From Bacillales bacterium UBA4691 (GTDB lineage: Bacteria > Bacillota_I > Bacilli_A > RFN20 > CAG-826), in assembly GCA_002404865.1 (NCBI GenBank), contig DHKP01000007.1:79019-143018 (forward strand): DNA of 64,000 nt, given 5' to 3'. The position numbers and the translations under genes are program-made. Shown here piece by piece: positions 1 to 8,728 of this stretch (position 1 is its first letter; every line of letters starts with the position of its first letter). The notes under the pieces are model-generated. The model did not search any database. It was not told the origin of the DNA and worked only from the letters and a program-made list of their open reading frames with translations.

Positions 1-571
1 GCGTACCAGGAGAAACCGTTAAACTATAGGCGCTTAAATGAGGAACGTTCAAAGCGATGAGACGATTGATGTCTCCGTTTAGCTCCTCTTCGGTTTCGCT
101 TGGCAAAGCATAGATTAAATCAACATTGACGTTATCGATTTTATGCTCTTTCGCGCGACGAACCGCATCAAGGACATCTTGATAAGAATGGGTGCGTTTC
201 ATTAAAGATAATAAGCGAGGTGCGCTGCTTTCCATTCCAATCGAAATGCGATTAACCCCATATTGGCAACACAAGTCCAGTTTTTCGTCGCTTAAGGAAT
301 CCGGATTGGTCTCGATGCTGAATTCGGTATCATTCTTACGGAAAGTAGAGAGTTTATTGAGTAGTCTGTCGAACGCTTTTAAAGGTAAAGAGGTCGGCGT
401 TCCTCCCCCAACATAAATCGTGTCGTAAGTTAAGGAAGAAAATTGCTCAAGTTCTAAAAATAGGGCAGATAAATAAGAAAACGCCCATCCCTCATTGAGC
501 ATGACTTTTGGAAAATCGCAATAAGCGCAAATGGATTTGCAAAACGGGATATGGACGTAAAGCGATGACAT
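1..571 (-). CDS. hemW: HemW-like radical-SAM protein (heme chaperone / HemN-like). Only the 5' part is present; the gene continues past the left edge
   Basis: It is absent from the ORF track because it runs off the window. The reverse complement from the ATG at 571 reads MSSLYVHIPFCKSICAYCDFPKVMLNEGWAFSYLSALFLELEQFSSLTYDTIYVGGGTPTSLPLKAF. This contains the radical-SAM CxxxCxxC motif and the GGGTP motif. The start overlaps the stop of the upstream gene (TAATG). It lies in the lepA neighbourhood, as in Bacillus. Confidence 0.8.
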   Translation of the reverse strand, partial: MSSLYVHIPFCKSICAYCDFPKVMLNEGWAFSYLSALFLELEQFSSLTYDTIYVGGGTPTSLPLKAFDRLLNKLSTFRKNDTEFSIETNPDSLSDEKLDLCCQYGVNRISIGMESSAPRLLSLMKRTHSYQDVLDAVRRAKEHKIDNVNVDLIYALPSETEEELNGDINRLIALNVPHLSAYSLTVSPGT

Positions 572-981
572 TATTTTTTGTCGTCCTTAGGAAGAGACAA
601 ATCATGCGAAGAAATAGCTTCTTCATCTGGGTGATTTTTCGCATATTCTTCCATCTGGCGTTGGAAGTCTTCATCCGCTTCAACCGTTACACGATGAGAT
701 TCATAATCGGCGGCTTCTGAATTCGACGGTTTTTCTTTCACGATTTCCCGCGCTTCTTTCTTCACTTCTTCCAGATTTTTGTTTTCGTCATCCATAGGTA
801 CGGTAAGACGTTCGACTTCTTCCTTGGCGATTTCTTCGTCAGTCTTTGGCTTTTCAACCGTTTTAAAATGCGGCGAATAACGGCGAATCAAAATAACCGT
901 GACGACAATCGCACCGAAAACAAGCAATAGAATCAAAATCAACAGCCAAGGGTTTTCTGTTAGAAAGTCATAAACAAACAT
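571..981 (-). CDS. Small single-pass membrane protein with an acidic, Lys/Glu-rich tail (hypothetical)
   Basis: 136-aa ORF. An AGGAG sits 8 nt upstream of the ATG at 981. The N-terminal hydrophobic helix is WLLILILLLVFGAIVVTVILI. It is translationally coupled to hemW (TAATG). I recognise no family. Confidence 0.6.
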   Translation of the reverse strand: MFVYDFLTENPWLLILILLLVFGAIVVTVILIRRYSPHFKTVEKPKTDEEIAKEEVERLTVPMDDENKNLEEVKKEAREIVKEKPSNSEAADYESHRVTVEADEDFQRQMEEYAKNHPDEEAISSHDLSLPKDDKK

Positions 982-995
982 AATTCAATCTCCTT

Positions 996-2555
996 TTAGT
1001 GATTCTCGTCTTGCTTTACAGGGGTATAAACAAACTTATTCTTCACTTGCAGTTTCTTATAGTAACCCTCAGCCACGAGTTTTTCCATAGAAGTTCTTGC
1101 GGTTTCATATGCACAATGCGCAAATTTTTTGTATTGCTGGATGGAATAATAATGGCCAATAATACAATGATTAGCCAAGAAGGCCGCTTGGCTCTTATTC
1201 AAAGAATAATTGCTTTCGAGCAAATAGCGAATGTATTCTTTGATTTCCTTATCGGATAGAGGCGATTCTTTTTTACGAATGGCAACCACCTCTTCTCCAT
1301 TAGCGCGTCGCATTTCTTCTTTAGTAATAGTAGGCAATACCTTCTTTTCTTTAGCGATGGGCATAGAAACGACTTCAGCGGTTCCTTCCTTAGGCTCGTC
1401 CTTTGAAATCGGAAGGGTATCTTGTTCCTCTTTGATAGGGAGCAAATTCTCTAATGCCTCATTTTCTTCCTCTTTTTCTTCGATAACGACAGGTGTTTCG
1501 CTTTCTTCTTCCGCCTTCTTTTGACTCTGTGTCAAGGATTCTTCGTACTTCGATAGCGTTTTTTCTTCTTTTTCAAAACGCTCTAAGCGAATCGTGTCTA
1601 AGGTATTCTTTAAAGAAGCGGAAAGGGTGTTGAGCGTATTAATGGAGCGCATCAAATAATAAGTAAGATCTCCTGCGCGTTGAGCACCAATAAAGTAATT
1701 GTCTTGCAAAACAGGCTCAACGATGAGTACTTGGCTCAAAGGAAGATAGAAGGCCTCTTTTCCTAATCCATCATCGTAAGCAAGAATATCTAGCGCGAAC
1801 AAGGTCGCGATTTCTTCGTTTTTCGAGTCAAATGGTTTAACGTAAATAAAGAAGAACAAACTCGTAAGCGCCTTGATAAGTGACGGAAAATCGGATTGAA
1901 GGAAGGGGTAAAAGCCTTCCATAAGGGTATCGATCGAAGAAGCGGGCGCATAAGGATAATCGGCATCGGTATAAATCGAGTTTTTGGAAATACGATTGTC
2001 GAAATCCCCTTCACGATACCATTTTGTTAAATCATCGCCCTCATTGAGCAAAGAAGCGTAGATTTTAGCGAGAAAATTTTCATCAGGTCGAATCGGAGAT
2101 TCACTTAAGCACATTTTTAGGGTAGACAAATAATTCTGAAGATGTCTTTCTTTCCCTTCCCCAAAGTCACGATAAGTGCCATTGATCAAAGCCTTTAAAG
2201 TTAATTCATCGCTCTGATTTGCGTAAGCACGATTAATCCCACTAAGATTAGCAAGAAGTAACGTTCTTTCCATATCGCGCATTTCGCTATCTACTTCCGC
2301 TTTTTTGATTTGATTGACTAAGCGGATGAGATTCTCTTCCGCTAGCTTTGCTTTCTCTAAAATCGCCGGAGACAATACACAATAAAAGTTGCGGCGGTTA
2401 ATGCTTTTAAAGCCAAGAGACTTTTGGAATTGCTTACGGTAAAGAAGAATATCATTCCAATACCCATCCACCAAAGAAGTCTTCAACGCGTTCTGAAGTT
2501 CGCGTTTGCTCAAATATTCTTCATCTGTGTAATATTTCGCTAAATCATTTGCCAT
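996..2555 (-). CDS. Fic/DOC-like domain protein with a degenerate active-site motif and a C-terminal winged-helix-like domain
   Basis: 519-aa ORF. SLFFFIYVKPFDSKNEEIATLFALDILA aligns to the Fic core FxxIHPFxDGNGRxxRLLxxLxL, keeping only P, F and N. An E/K-rich linker follows. The C-terminus (ETARTSMEKLVAEGYYKKLQVKNKFVYTP) resembles the wHTH found at the end of many Fic proteins. The family assignment is an inference from motif spacing. Confidence 0.5.
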   Translation of the reverse strand: MANDLAKYYTDEEYLSKRELQNALKTSLVDGYWNDILLYRKQFQKSLGFKSINRRNFYCVLSPAILEKAKLAEENLIRLVNQIKKAEVDSEMRDMERTLLLANLSGINRAYANQSDELTLKALINGTYRDFGEGKERHLQNYLSTLKMCLSESPIRPDENFLAKIYASLLNEGDDLTKWYREGDFDNRISKNSIYTDADYPYAPASSIDTLMEGFYPFLQSDFPSLIKALTSLFFFIYVKPFDSKNEEIATLFALDILAYDDGLGKEAFYLPLSQVLIVEPVLQDNYFIGAQRAGDLTYYLMRSINTLNTLSASLKNTLDTIRLERFEKEEKTLSKYEESLTQSQKKAEEESETPVVIEEKEEENEALENLLPIKEEQDTLPISKDEPKEGTAEVVSMPIAKEKKVLPTITKEEMRRANGEEVVAIRKKESPLSDKEIKEYIRYLLESNYSLNKSQAAFLANHCIIGHYYSIQQYKKFAHCAYETARTSMEKLVAEGYYKKLQVKNKFVYTPVKQDENH

Positions 2556-2668
2556 AAAACCATTTTATTTCATTACACAAAAAATTACAATAAAATAACT
2601 AAAAAACTACTAATTACATCTTATTTTATTAGATATTGTCGTAAGATTTGTCGAATGCAGTTTTTAAC

Positions 2669-4480
2669 CTATTTTTTATCATCGATTGAGAGAACGCTCA
2701 TAAAAGCTTCTTGCGGAATCTCTATTGCTCCAACCGCTTTCATGCGCTTCTTTCCCTCTTTTTGCTTTTCTAGAAGCTTCTTTTTTCTTGAGATATCCCC
2801 ACCATAGCATTTTGCGAGAACGTCTTTTCTGACAGCTTTAATATCGGCTCGCGCAATAATCTTGCCATTGATGGAGGCTTGGACTGGAACTTCGAATTGC
2901 TGCCTAGGAATAATGTCTTTAAGGCGAGAAACAATTTTTAAGCTACGATTATAGGCGCTTCCCCGATATACAATCGTAGATAAAGCATCAATGACTTTTC
3001 CATTGAGCAAAATGTCCATTTTGACAAGGTCACTTTTTTCGTAAGAGCCAATTTCGTAATCTAAAGAAGCATAACCCTTCGTCGCGCTTTTTAAAGTATC
3101 GAAGAACGAATAGATGATTTCGCTTAATGGAAGACGATATTTCACAACAACACGCGTGTCATCAAAATAAACCAAATCTTCATAAATGCCTCTGCGTTCT
3201 TGACAGATCTGCATGACGCTTCCGACAAACTCCTTCGGTGTCATAATTGAAGCATTCACAAATGGCTCGCGGATTTCTTTAATTTTGGTCAAATCCGGAA
3301 GGGCGCTTGGGTTATCAAGCATAAAATGCGAACCGTCGGTGAGATAAATCTCATAATTGACGCTAGGGGCCGTAAGAATGAGATTTAGTCCATATTCTTG
3401 CTCCAATCGTTCTTGGACGACATCCATGTGCAATAGTCCCAAAAAGCCAACGCGAAAACCAAATCCGAGCGCTTCACTAGCTTCTGGCTCATACACCAAG
3501 GCGGAATCATTCAGCGAAAGTTTTTCTAGGGCGTCTTTCAATTCAGGATAGTCATCACTATAAACGGGGTATAACCCGCAATAAACCATCGGAGACATTT
3601 TTCGATATCCAGAAAGAGGTTTATCCGTTGGGTTAGACGCGCTTGTGATCGTTTCGCCAGGAATAACGTCTTTAATATCCTTAATTGTCGCAGTCAAATA
3701 GCCAACTTCCCCACTATCGAGTTCATCGATAGGAACTTCATTCGGTGTACGAATGCCGACTTCGGTAACCGTATATTTTTTATTCGCGGCCATAAGCAAA
3801 ATCTCATCGCCGACTTTTACGCAGCCGTTTTTTACGCGGATTAAAACGACAACACCACGATAAGAATCGTAGTAACTATCGAAAATCAACGCTTGAAGAG
3901 GGGCGGAATTGTCGCCTTTAGGGGGAGGAACCATTTCAACGATTCTCTCTAAGACTTCCGCTACGCCAGCCCCCGTTTTCGCGCTCACGGGAAGCGCATC
4001 AGAAGAAGGAATGCCGATCTTTTCTTCGAGCTCTTTCTTAGCGAGAGCTACATTCGCGCTTGGCAAATCGATTTTGTTGATGACGGGGATAATCATTAAG
4101 TCGTTATCCACAGCCAAATAGGCATTTGCGAGGGTCTGGGCTTGTACGCCTTGGGTTGCATCAACAAGCAATAGCGCCCCTTCGCATGCCGCTAAGCTGC
4201 GTGAGACCTCATAAGAGAAGTCGACGTGCCCAGGGGTATCGATCAAATTGAAAATGAAATCTCCGTATTTTGGAGAATGGTATTTCACCGTAACGGCATT
4301 GAGCTTAATGGTGATCCCACGTTCTCGCTCAAGTGGCATATTATCAAGCATTTGGGCTTTTAAATCGCGTTTTTCCACCGCTCCAGTTAATTCAAGAATT
4401 CGGTCACAAAAAGTACTTTTCCCATGGTCAATATGGGCGATGACGGAGAAGTTTCTAATCTTATCGATATCAAATGCCAT
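2669..4480 (-). CDS. lepA: Elongation factor 4 (LepA)
   Basis: 603 aa. It has the GTPase motifs [14 protein letters not shown] and NKID, and the characteristic LepA C-terminus ([23 protein letters not shown]). Confidence 0.97.
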   Translation of the reverse strand: MAFDIDKIRNFSVIAHIDHGKSTFCDRILELTGAVEKRDLKAQMLDNMPLERERGITIKLNAVTVKYHSPKYGDFIFNLIDTPGHVDFSYEVSRSLAACEGALLLVDATQGVQAQTLANAYLAVDNDLMIIPVINKIDLPSANVALAKKELEEKIGIPSSDALPVSAKTGAGVAEVLERIVEMVPPPKGDNSAPLQALIFDSYYDSYRGVVVLIRVKNGCVKVGDEILLMAANKKYTVTEVGIRTPNEVPIDELDSGEVGYLTATIKDIKDVIPGETITSASNPTDKPLSGYRKMSPMVYCGLYPVYSDDYPELKDALEKLSLNDSALVYEPEASEALGFGFRVGFLGLLHMDVVQERLEQEYGLNLILTAPSVNYEIYLTDGSHFMLDNPSALPDLTKIKEIREPFVNASIMTPKEFVGSVMQICQERRGIYEDLVYFDDTRVVVKYRLPLSEIIYSFFDTLKSATKGYASLDYEIGSYEKSDLVKMDILLNGKVIDALSTIVYRGSAYNRSLKIVSRLKDIIPRQQFEVPVQASINGKIIARADIKAVRKDVLAKCYGGDISRKKKLLEKQKEGKKRMKAVGAIEIPQEAFMSVLSIDDKK

Positions 4481-4541
4481 AAATACGGAGGTTATTATAC
4501 TAGATTTGCCGTGATTTTATAGATATTAGCGAACGAAAAAC

Positions 4542-6929
4542 CTACAAAGCAAAAGGACTATTCTTTTGTTTTTCATAAATCGCTTTGAGCTTTTCTTTCA
4601 CTTCGCTAGACGAGGTAACGACTTGGTAATTTGGGTAACGCCTAGCGAAAATTTCATGATATTCGCTAGATAAATACCGTTCATCAATGAGTAACGCTAC
4701 CCCTTTATCGCTTTCACTACGGATAAGTCGCCCTACCGCTTGCATGACGTGATTAATGCCAGGATCCATATAAGCGTATTCAAATCCTTTTCCTTCTTTT
4801 TCTTCAAAGAATTCTTTCATTTTGTTTCGCTCATAAGAGATAGTTGGTAAACCGATGCCTACGACTGCCACACCTTCTAGACGGTTCCCGACCAAATCTA
4901 CTCCTTCGCTAAACGCGCCTCCAATCGTTAATAAGCCTACCGAAGTATGCGTTGGATTTTTCTCAAATTGACTCAAAAAGAGATTACGTTCATCTTCGTT
5001 CATATTCTTCTCTTGCGTAAAAACGGCCGCGTGCTTAAAGGAAAGTTTTTCTTTGATAGCAAGCAAATATTCGTAACTTGGAAAATAAAGGAAGTAATTA
5101 CCGATTTTCTCATCCACAAAGGCTTCCAAATATTTTGTTACTTCGTCCATCGTTTTTTCTCTATCTTTATAACGAGTAGAAACCATCGGGGCTAGTAAAA
5201 GAGAAAAATTTTCTTTTGGGAAGGGGGAAGGAAGCAGTAAATATGGCGCTTTTTCGTCATTGATCTCATCCATATAGAACTCAATGGGGGAAAGAGTCGC
5301 GCTAAATATCGCTTTGCTTTTTACTTTGTCGAGTGATTCTCTTAAATATGAGGAAGGATCTAAGCAAAGAAGCGACAAAGAAGGGTCGTTCCCTTTTTTA
5401 AAATATAGGAGCGAATTTTGGCTATAATCCTCAAGCAAAGAGAGAAAGCGATATGCTTCGCGCGAGAAGTCCTTATAGTCTTTCCCTAAAGAAACATGCT
5501 TTTCTTTGATAATATCTTTTCGGTGATCAAGAAAGGAATTTAAGGCGCTTTTGGCTACTTTTGGCAAAGTTTCATAACTAATCCATTCTTTTTCGCCAGC
5601 TTGATTTTCTTCCTTTAAGAATTTTTCAAATTTTCCGATACTTCTTTTTAAGCCAACTAGCTTTTTGCTTGGTATTTCTTTTTTGGCTTTCTTTGTGAGC
5701 GATAGAGACAAAGAAGCGCTATACATATCGTTCGCTCGTTCAATGAGGTTATGGGCTTCATCAATCAAAACGATATAATCGCTGCTATCGGTCTCTCCCC
5801 CAAAATACCGATCTAGATGAACGAATGGATCAAAAAAGTAATTAAAATCGCAGATGACGATATCGCTATAAAGAGATAAATCGAGCTGTAATTCAAAAGG
5901 GCACATTTCCTTCTTTCTAGCAATTTCTTCCACGTAATCGATAGAAAAACGATGGGAAGAAAGAAGTTCCTCGCGAACCACTTCCCTTAGCTTTTCATAA
6001 TAGCGTTTCGTAAATGGGCATTCATCGGGATTACAGGCTTTAGAAGGAGAAAAGCACATCTTATCCTTCGCGCGAAGAAGAGAATCGCGGAAAACAAGTC
6101 CCTTCCTTTTTAATAAAGAGAGGGCCTCAAAGGCGCTTTCTCGCCCTGTTGATTTCGCGGTGAGATAGAAGATTTTGCTCTTCTTTGAGTAAGCAAGGCT
6201 TTTAATCGCAGGATATAAAGCGCTCATTGTTTTCCCAATTCCGGTAGGGGCCTCGCAAAAGAAAGTGCCTTCGTTTACGCAAACCGAATAGATATATTTG
6301 GCCATTTCTCTTTGCCCGGCGCGAAAAGTCGGGTAAGGGAATGTCAGTTTTTCTGCTGATTCCTTAACCGCAATTTCATGCTTTTTTATGTTTTCATAAA
6401 AAGAAAGGTATTGGTCGATATAGGAATAGACTTTTGCTTCTAATTCTTCGATAGATAAGACATTTTCTTTTTTTATTTCTTTTCCATCGATTTGTGAAAT
6501 GTAAGTAATACGAACCCCCATTTTGTCTTTCTTATGACTGTGCCCGTACATTAAGGCATAGCAATAGGCTTGCCCGTAATGCCATTCCTTTTGGGTTTGG
6601 TAAAACTCTTCTAAAGGAGCAACCGTGCTTTTGATTTCGTCAATAAGAGGGTATTCTCCCCCTTCAATAATTCCATCCGCTCGTCCCTGTAAAGTAATCG
6701 TTCCTAGTGGTCGAAGGAAAGTTTCATTTAAAGAAACTTCGCTTAAATATTCTTTCCCTTGTTTTTTCTGAAATGAAGCGTGGATTTTGCTACCTAACGC
6801 CATTGTTTCGTCGTTATAGATTCTACTATCAATATCCCCTTTCCTTAATAAGGGGTCGACAAGCTCATGGACGTTCAAGGAAAGATGAATCAGTTCGCTC
6901 ATATCACTAATTATAATCAAAGAACGCAA
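4542..6929 (-). CDS. Fusion of a PD-(D/E)XK (RecB/Cas4-like) nuclease domain to an XPD/DinG-family Fe-S DNA helicase
   Basis: The N-terminal ~130 aa carry the nuclease motifs GSKIHASFQ, LQGRADGII, LIDEIKST and QAYCYALMY. The helicase motifs are motif I CEAPTGIGKT and DEAH box LIDEAHNL. The Cys cluster is MCFSPSKACNPDECPF...MCPFE (4Fe-4S type). The C-terminal motif is QAVGRLIRS. The ORF-track start at 6929 is a TTG. The first ATG is at 6902 (MSELIHL). Neither start has a clear SD. Confidence 0.8.
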   Translation of the reverse strand: MRSLIIISDMSELIHLSLNVHELVDPLLRKGDIDSRIYNDETMALGSKIHASFQKKQGKEYLSEVSLNETFLRPLGTITLQGRADGIIEGGEYPLIDEIKSTVAPLEEFYQTQKEWHYGQAYCYALMYGHSHKKDKMGVRITYISQIDGKEIKKENVLSIEELEAKVYSYIDQYLSFYENIKKHEIAVKESAEKLTFPYPTFRAGQREMAKYIYSVCVNEGTFFCEAPTGIGKTMSALYPAIKSLAYSKKSKIFYLTAKSTGRESAFEALSLLKRKGLVFRDSLLRAKDKMCFSPSKACNPDECPFTKRYYEKLREVVREELLSSHRFSIDYVEEIARKKEMCPFELQLDLSLYSDIVICDFNYFFDPFVHLDRYFGGETDSSDYIVLIDEAHNLIERANDMYSASLSLSLTKKAKKEIPSKKLVGLKRSIGKFEKFLKEENQAGEKEWISYETLPKVAKSALNSFLDHRKDIIKEKHVSLGKDYKDFSREAYRFLSLLEDYSQNSLLYFKKGNDPSLSLLCLDPSSYLRESLDKVKSKAIFSATLSPIEFYMDEINDEKAPYLLLPSPFPKENFSLLLAPMVSTRYKDREKTMDEVTKYLEAFVDEKIGNYFLYFPSYEYLLAIKEKLSFKHAAVFTQEKNMNEDERNLFLSQFEKNPTHTSVGLLTIGGAFSEGVDLVGNRLEGVAVVGIGLPTISYERNKMKEFFEEKEGKGFEYAYMDPGINHVMQAVGRLIRSESDKGVALLIDERYLSSEYHEIFARRYPNYQVVTSSSEVKEKLKAIYEKQKNSPFAL

Positions 6930-7000
6930 GAGGAAGAAAAAGAACTATTTTTTAAGCGGAAGAGAGAAGAATTTATTTTTTCTCGTGATAGAATAGCTCC

Positions 7001-7915
7001 ATGAAAAAAGAGAAAAATTATCACGATTATTTAATAAGAGCCTATACAGGAAACGGCGAAGTACGCGCCTTTGCGATTACATCTAAAAATCTCGTGGAAG
7101 AGGCGAGAGCCCTGCATAATAGCTCGCCCATAGCGACTGCTGCATTAGGAAGAACATTGTCAGCTGCTTTAATGCTAGCGGAAACATTAAAAGGCAAAGA
7201 AACGTTAACCTTGGAGTTTAAAGGCGATGGACCTTTAGGAGAAATTATCGCAATCAGTGACGCAGACCATCACGTAAGAGGCTACGTAAGAGGAAAAGAT
7301 GTCATTATGATGCCCAATAAAGAAGGGCATTTAAATGTCGGAGGTGCTTTAGGAAAAGGAACCTTGACTATCATTCGGGATATGTACTTAAAGGAGCCTT
7401 ATATATCAACCGTCCCCCTACATAGCGGAGAAATCGCCGATGACCTTAGCCACTACTTCCTAGAAAGCGAGCAAACCGCTACCGCAATCGCTTTAGGCGT
7501 GCTTATGAATCGCGACAATACCGTAAAAGAAGCGGGTGGCTTTTTTGTGCAGCTTCTTCCTAACGCAAGCGAAAAGACAATATCGACCCTCGAAACAAAT
7601 ATCAAAAAAATAACCGCGGTGACTGATTTATTAAAAGAAGGGAAATCGCCAGAAGAGATTCTAGATATCGTATTGAAAGGACTAGAACCAATTTTTATCA
7701 TAGAAACTAGCGATGTGAGTTACAAGTGCACTTGCAATAAAGAACGCTTTGAACGCGTTTTATTGACACTAGGAAGAAAAGAGCTATTGGAGATGATCAA
7801 AGAAGATAAACCCATCGAAACGACCTGCGAATTCTGCAACAGAACGTATTCTTTTAGTGTTGAAGAGCTCAAGTCTTTATATCTTTCTTTAACAAAAGGC
7901 GATAAAAATAGGTAA
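7001..7915 (+). CDS. hslO: Redox-regulated chaperone Hsp33
   Basis: 304 aa. The C-terminal zinc centre is CTCNKERF...CEFCNRTY (CxC...CxxC), with Hsp33-like N-terminal sequence. An extended -10 (TGATAGAAT, 6986-6994) ends 6 nt before the ATG and there is no SD, so the mRNA may be leaderless. Confidence 0.93.
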   Translation: MKKEKNYHDYLIRAYTGNGEVRAFAITSKNLVEEARALHNSSPIATAALGRTLSAALMLAETLKGKETLTLEFKGDGPLGEIIAISDADHHVRGYVRGKDVIMMPNKEGHLNVGGALGKGTLTIIRDMYLKEPYISTVPLHSGEIADDLSHYFLESEQTATAIALGVLMNRDNTVKEAGGFFVQLLPNASEKTISTLETNIKKITAVTDLLKEGKSPEEILDIVLKGLEPIFIIETSDVSYKCTCNKERFERVLLTLGRKELLEMIKEDKPIETTCEFCNRTYSFSVEELKSLYLSLTKGDKNR

Positions 7916-7945
7916 AGTCAGCCATTTTCAAAGTCCCGACAATTG

Positions 7946-8126
7946 AAAAGAGATCCGGGAAAATAGATTTTATCTTTTTCCACGGATCTCCGGTTCTCTC
8001 TTAGGGAAAGGAGGTGCTAAGAGAAACTCGGTATTTCTCAGAAGTTTCGAGGAGGTCCTCCGAGAATATTAGATAGCTTAAGGAGGTGCAAAGGAGAAGA
8101 CCTCTCTTAAGGTATGTCTAATGTTA
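7946..8126. ncRNA. Candidate structured RNA: a hairpin array displaying SD-like (+ strand) or anti-SD-like (- strand) loops. The transcribed strand is undetermined
   Basis: There is no ORF in the 271-nt spacer between convergent genes. H1 spans 7951-7991 with 16 of 19 positions paired. H2 has the core TCTCTTAG/CTAAGAGA and the loop GGAAAGGAGGTG. H4 spans 8078-8112 and pairs CTTAAGGAGGT with ACCTCTCTTAAG around the loop GCAAAGGAGAAG. GAGGAGGTCCTCCGAG lies at 8050-8065. On the minus strand a TTGATT-18-TAACAT promoter-like element sits at 8150-8121, and H1 is followed by UUUU. Confidence 0.3.
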
Positions 8127-8186
8127 GCGCTTTCATTCGACTAAAATCAAGCCTTTTTTTAAAAATATTTTTTTGTTCAAAATTAA

Positions 8187-8681
8187 TTATTCGCTTTTCT
8201 CATCCTCATTGAATAAGGACAAAGCGTTGTTTTTACGCTCGCGGCCTTCTTCGTAATATGTCGCGCCTTTGTTGATAAGATAAATAGAGGCGGCAAGAAA
8301 AGCAATAGCGAGAACTAGAAACGCGTAATATCCTCCCCCGCGTTTCATCCCAAAGCCAACTGCGAAAAAGCCAGTCCCTAAAGATAGCAAAATAAGGAGC
8401 GTTGCCGCTAATGCAAATAGATTGCCTTTAAAAAACAATGCCTTCGCCTTTTTCACTTTCTCTAGATAGCGTTCTCGTCTCGCATTTTCTTTTTCAATAG
8501 ATTTAGGAAGAGAATCATTATCAACTTTTAAAACAAGGCATTTATCTTCCTTAATAGGCAAAAAGAAAAAAGGTAAATCTTTTTGTTTCTTCTCTTCAAT
8601 AGAAAAGCCAACACCTTCTTTCATAAGAAGATCGGTAGCCTTTTCTAAATCGCTTTCGGATAAAAAATAATATTTACTCAT
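8187..8681 (-). CDS. Hypothetical membrane protein (soluble N-terminal domain plus two C-terminal TM helices)
   Basis: 164-aa ORF. The hydrophobic segments are LFALAATLLILLSLGTGFFAVGF and YYAFLVLAIAFLAASIYLI. I recognise no family. Confidence 0.6.
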   Translation of the reverse strand: MSKYYFLSESDLEKATDLLMKEGVGFSIEEKKQKDLPFFFLPIKEDKCLVLKVDNDSLPKSIEKENARRERYLEKVKKAKALFFKGNLFALAATLLILLSLGTGFFAVGFGMKRGGGYYAFLVLAIAFLAASIYLINKGATYYEEGRERKNNALSLFNEDEKSE

Positions 8682-8728
8682 GGGCTAATTGTAACAAACT
8701 TACTACTTCTACTACTAAATAATTTGAG

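Noticed and set aside
1390-1560. Repetitive-looking ttc/ctt-rich DNA that might be a tandem repeat or CRISPR-like array
   Set aside because: It is simply the coding sequence of the Glu/Lys-rich linker of the Fic-like protein. There is no unit periodicity and no repeat-spacer structure. I saw no CRISPR array anywhere in the window.
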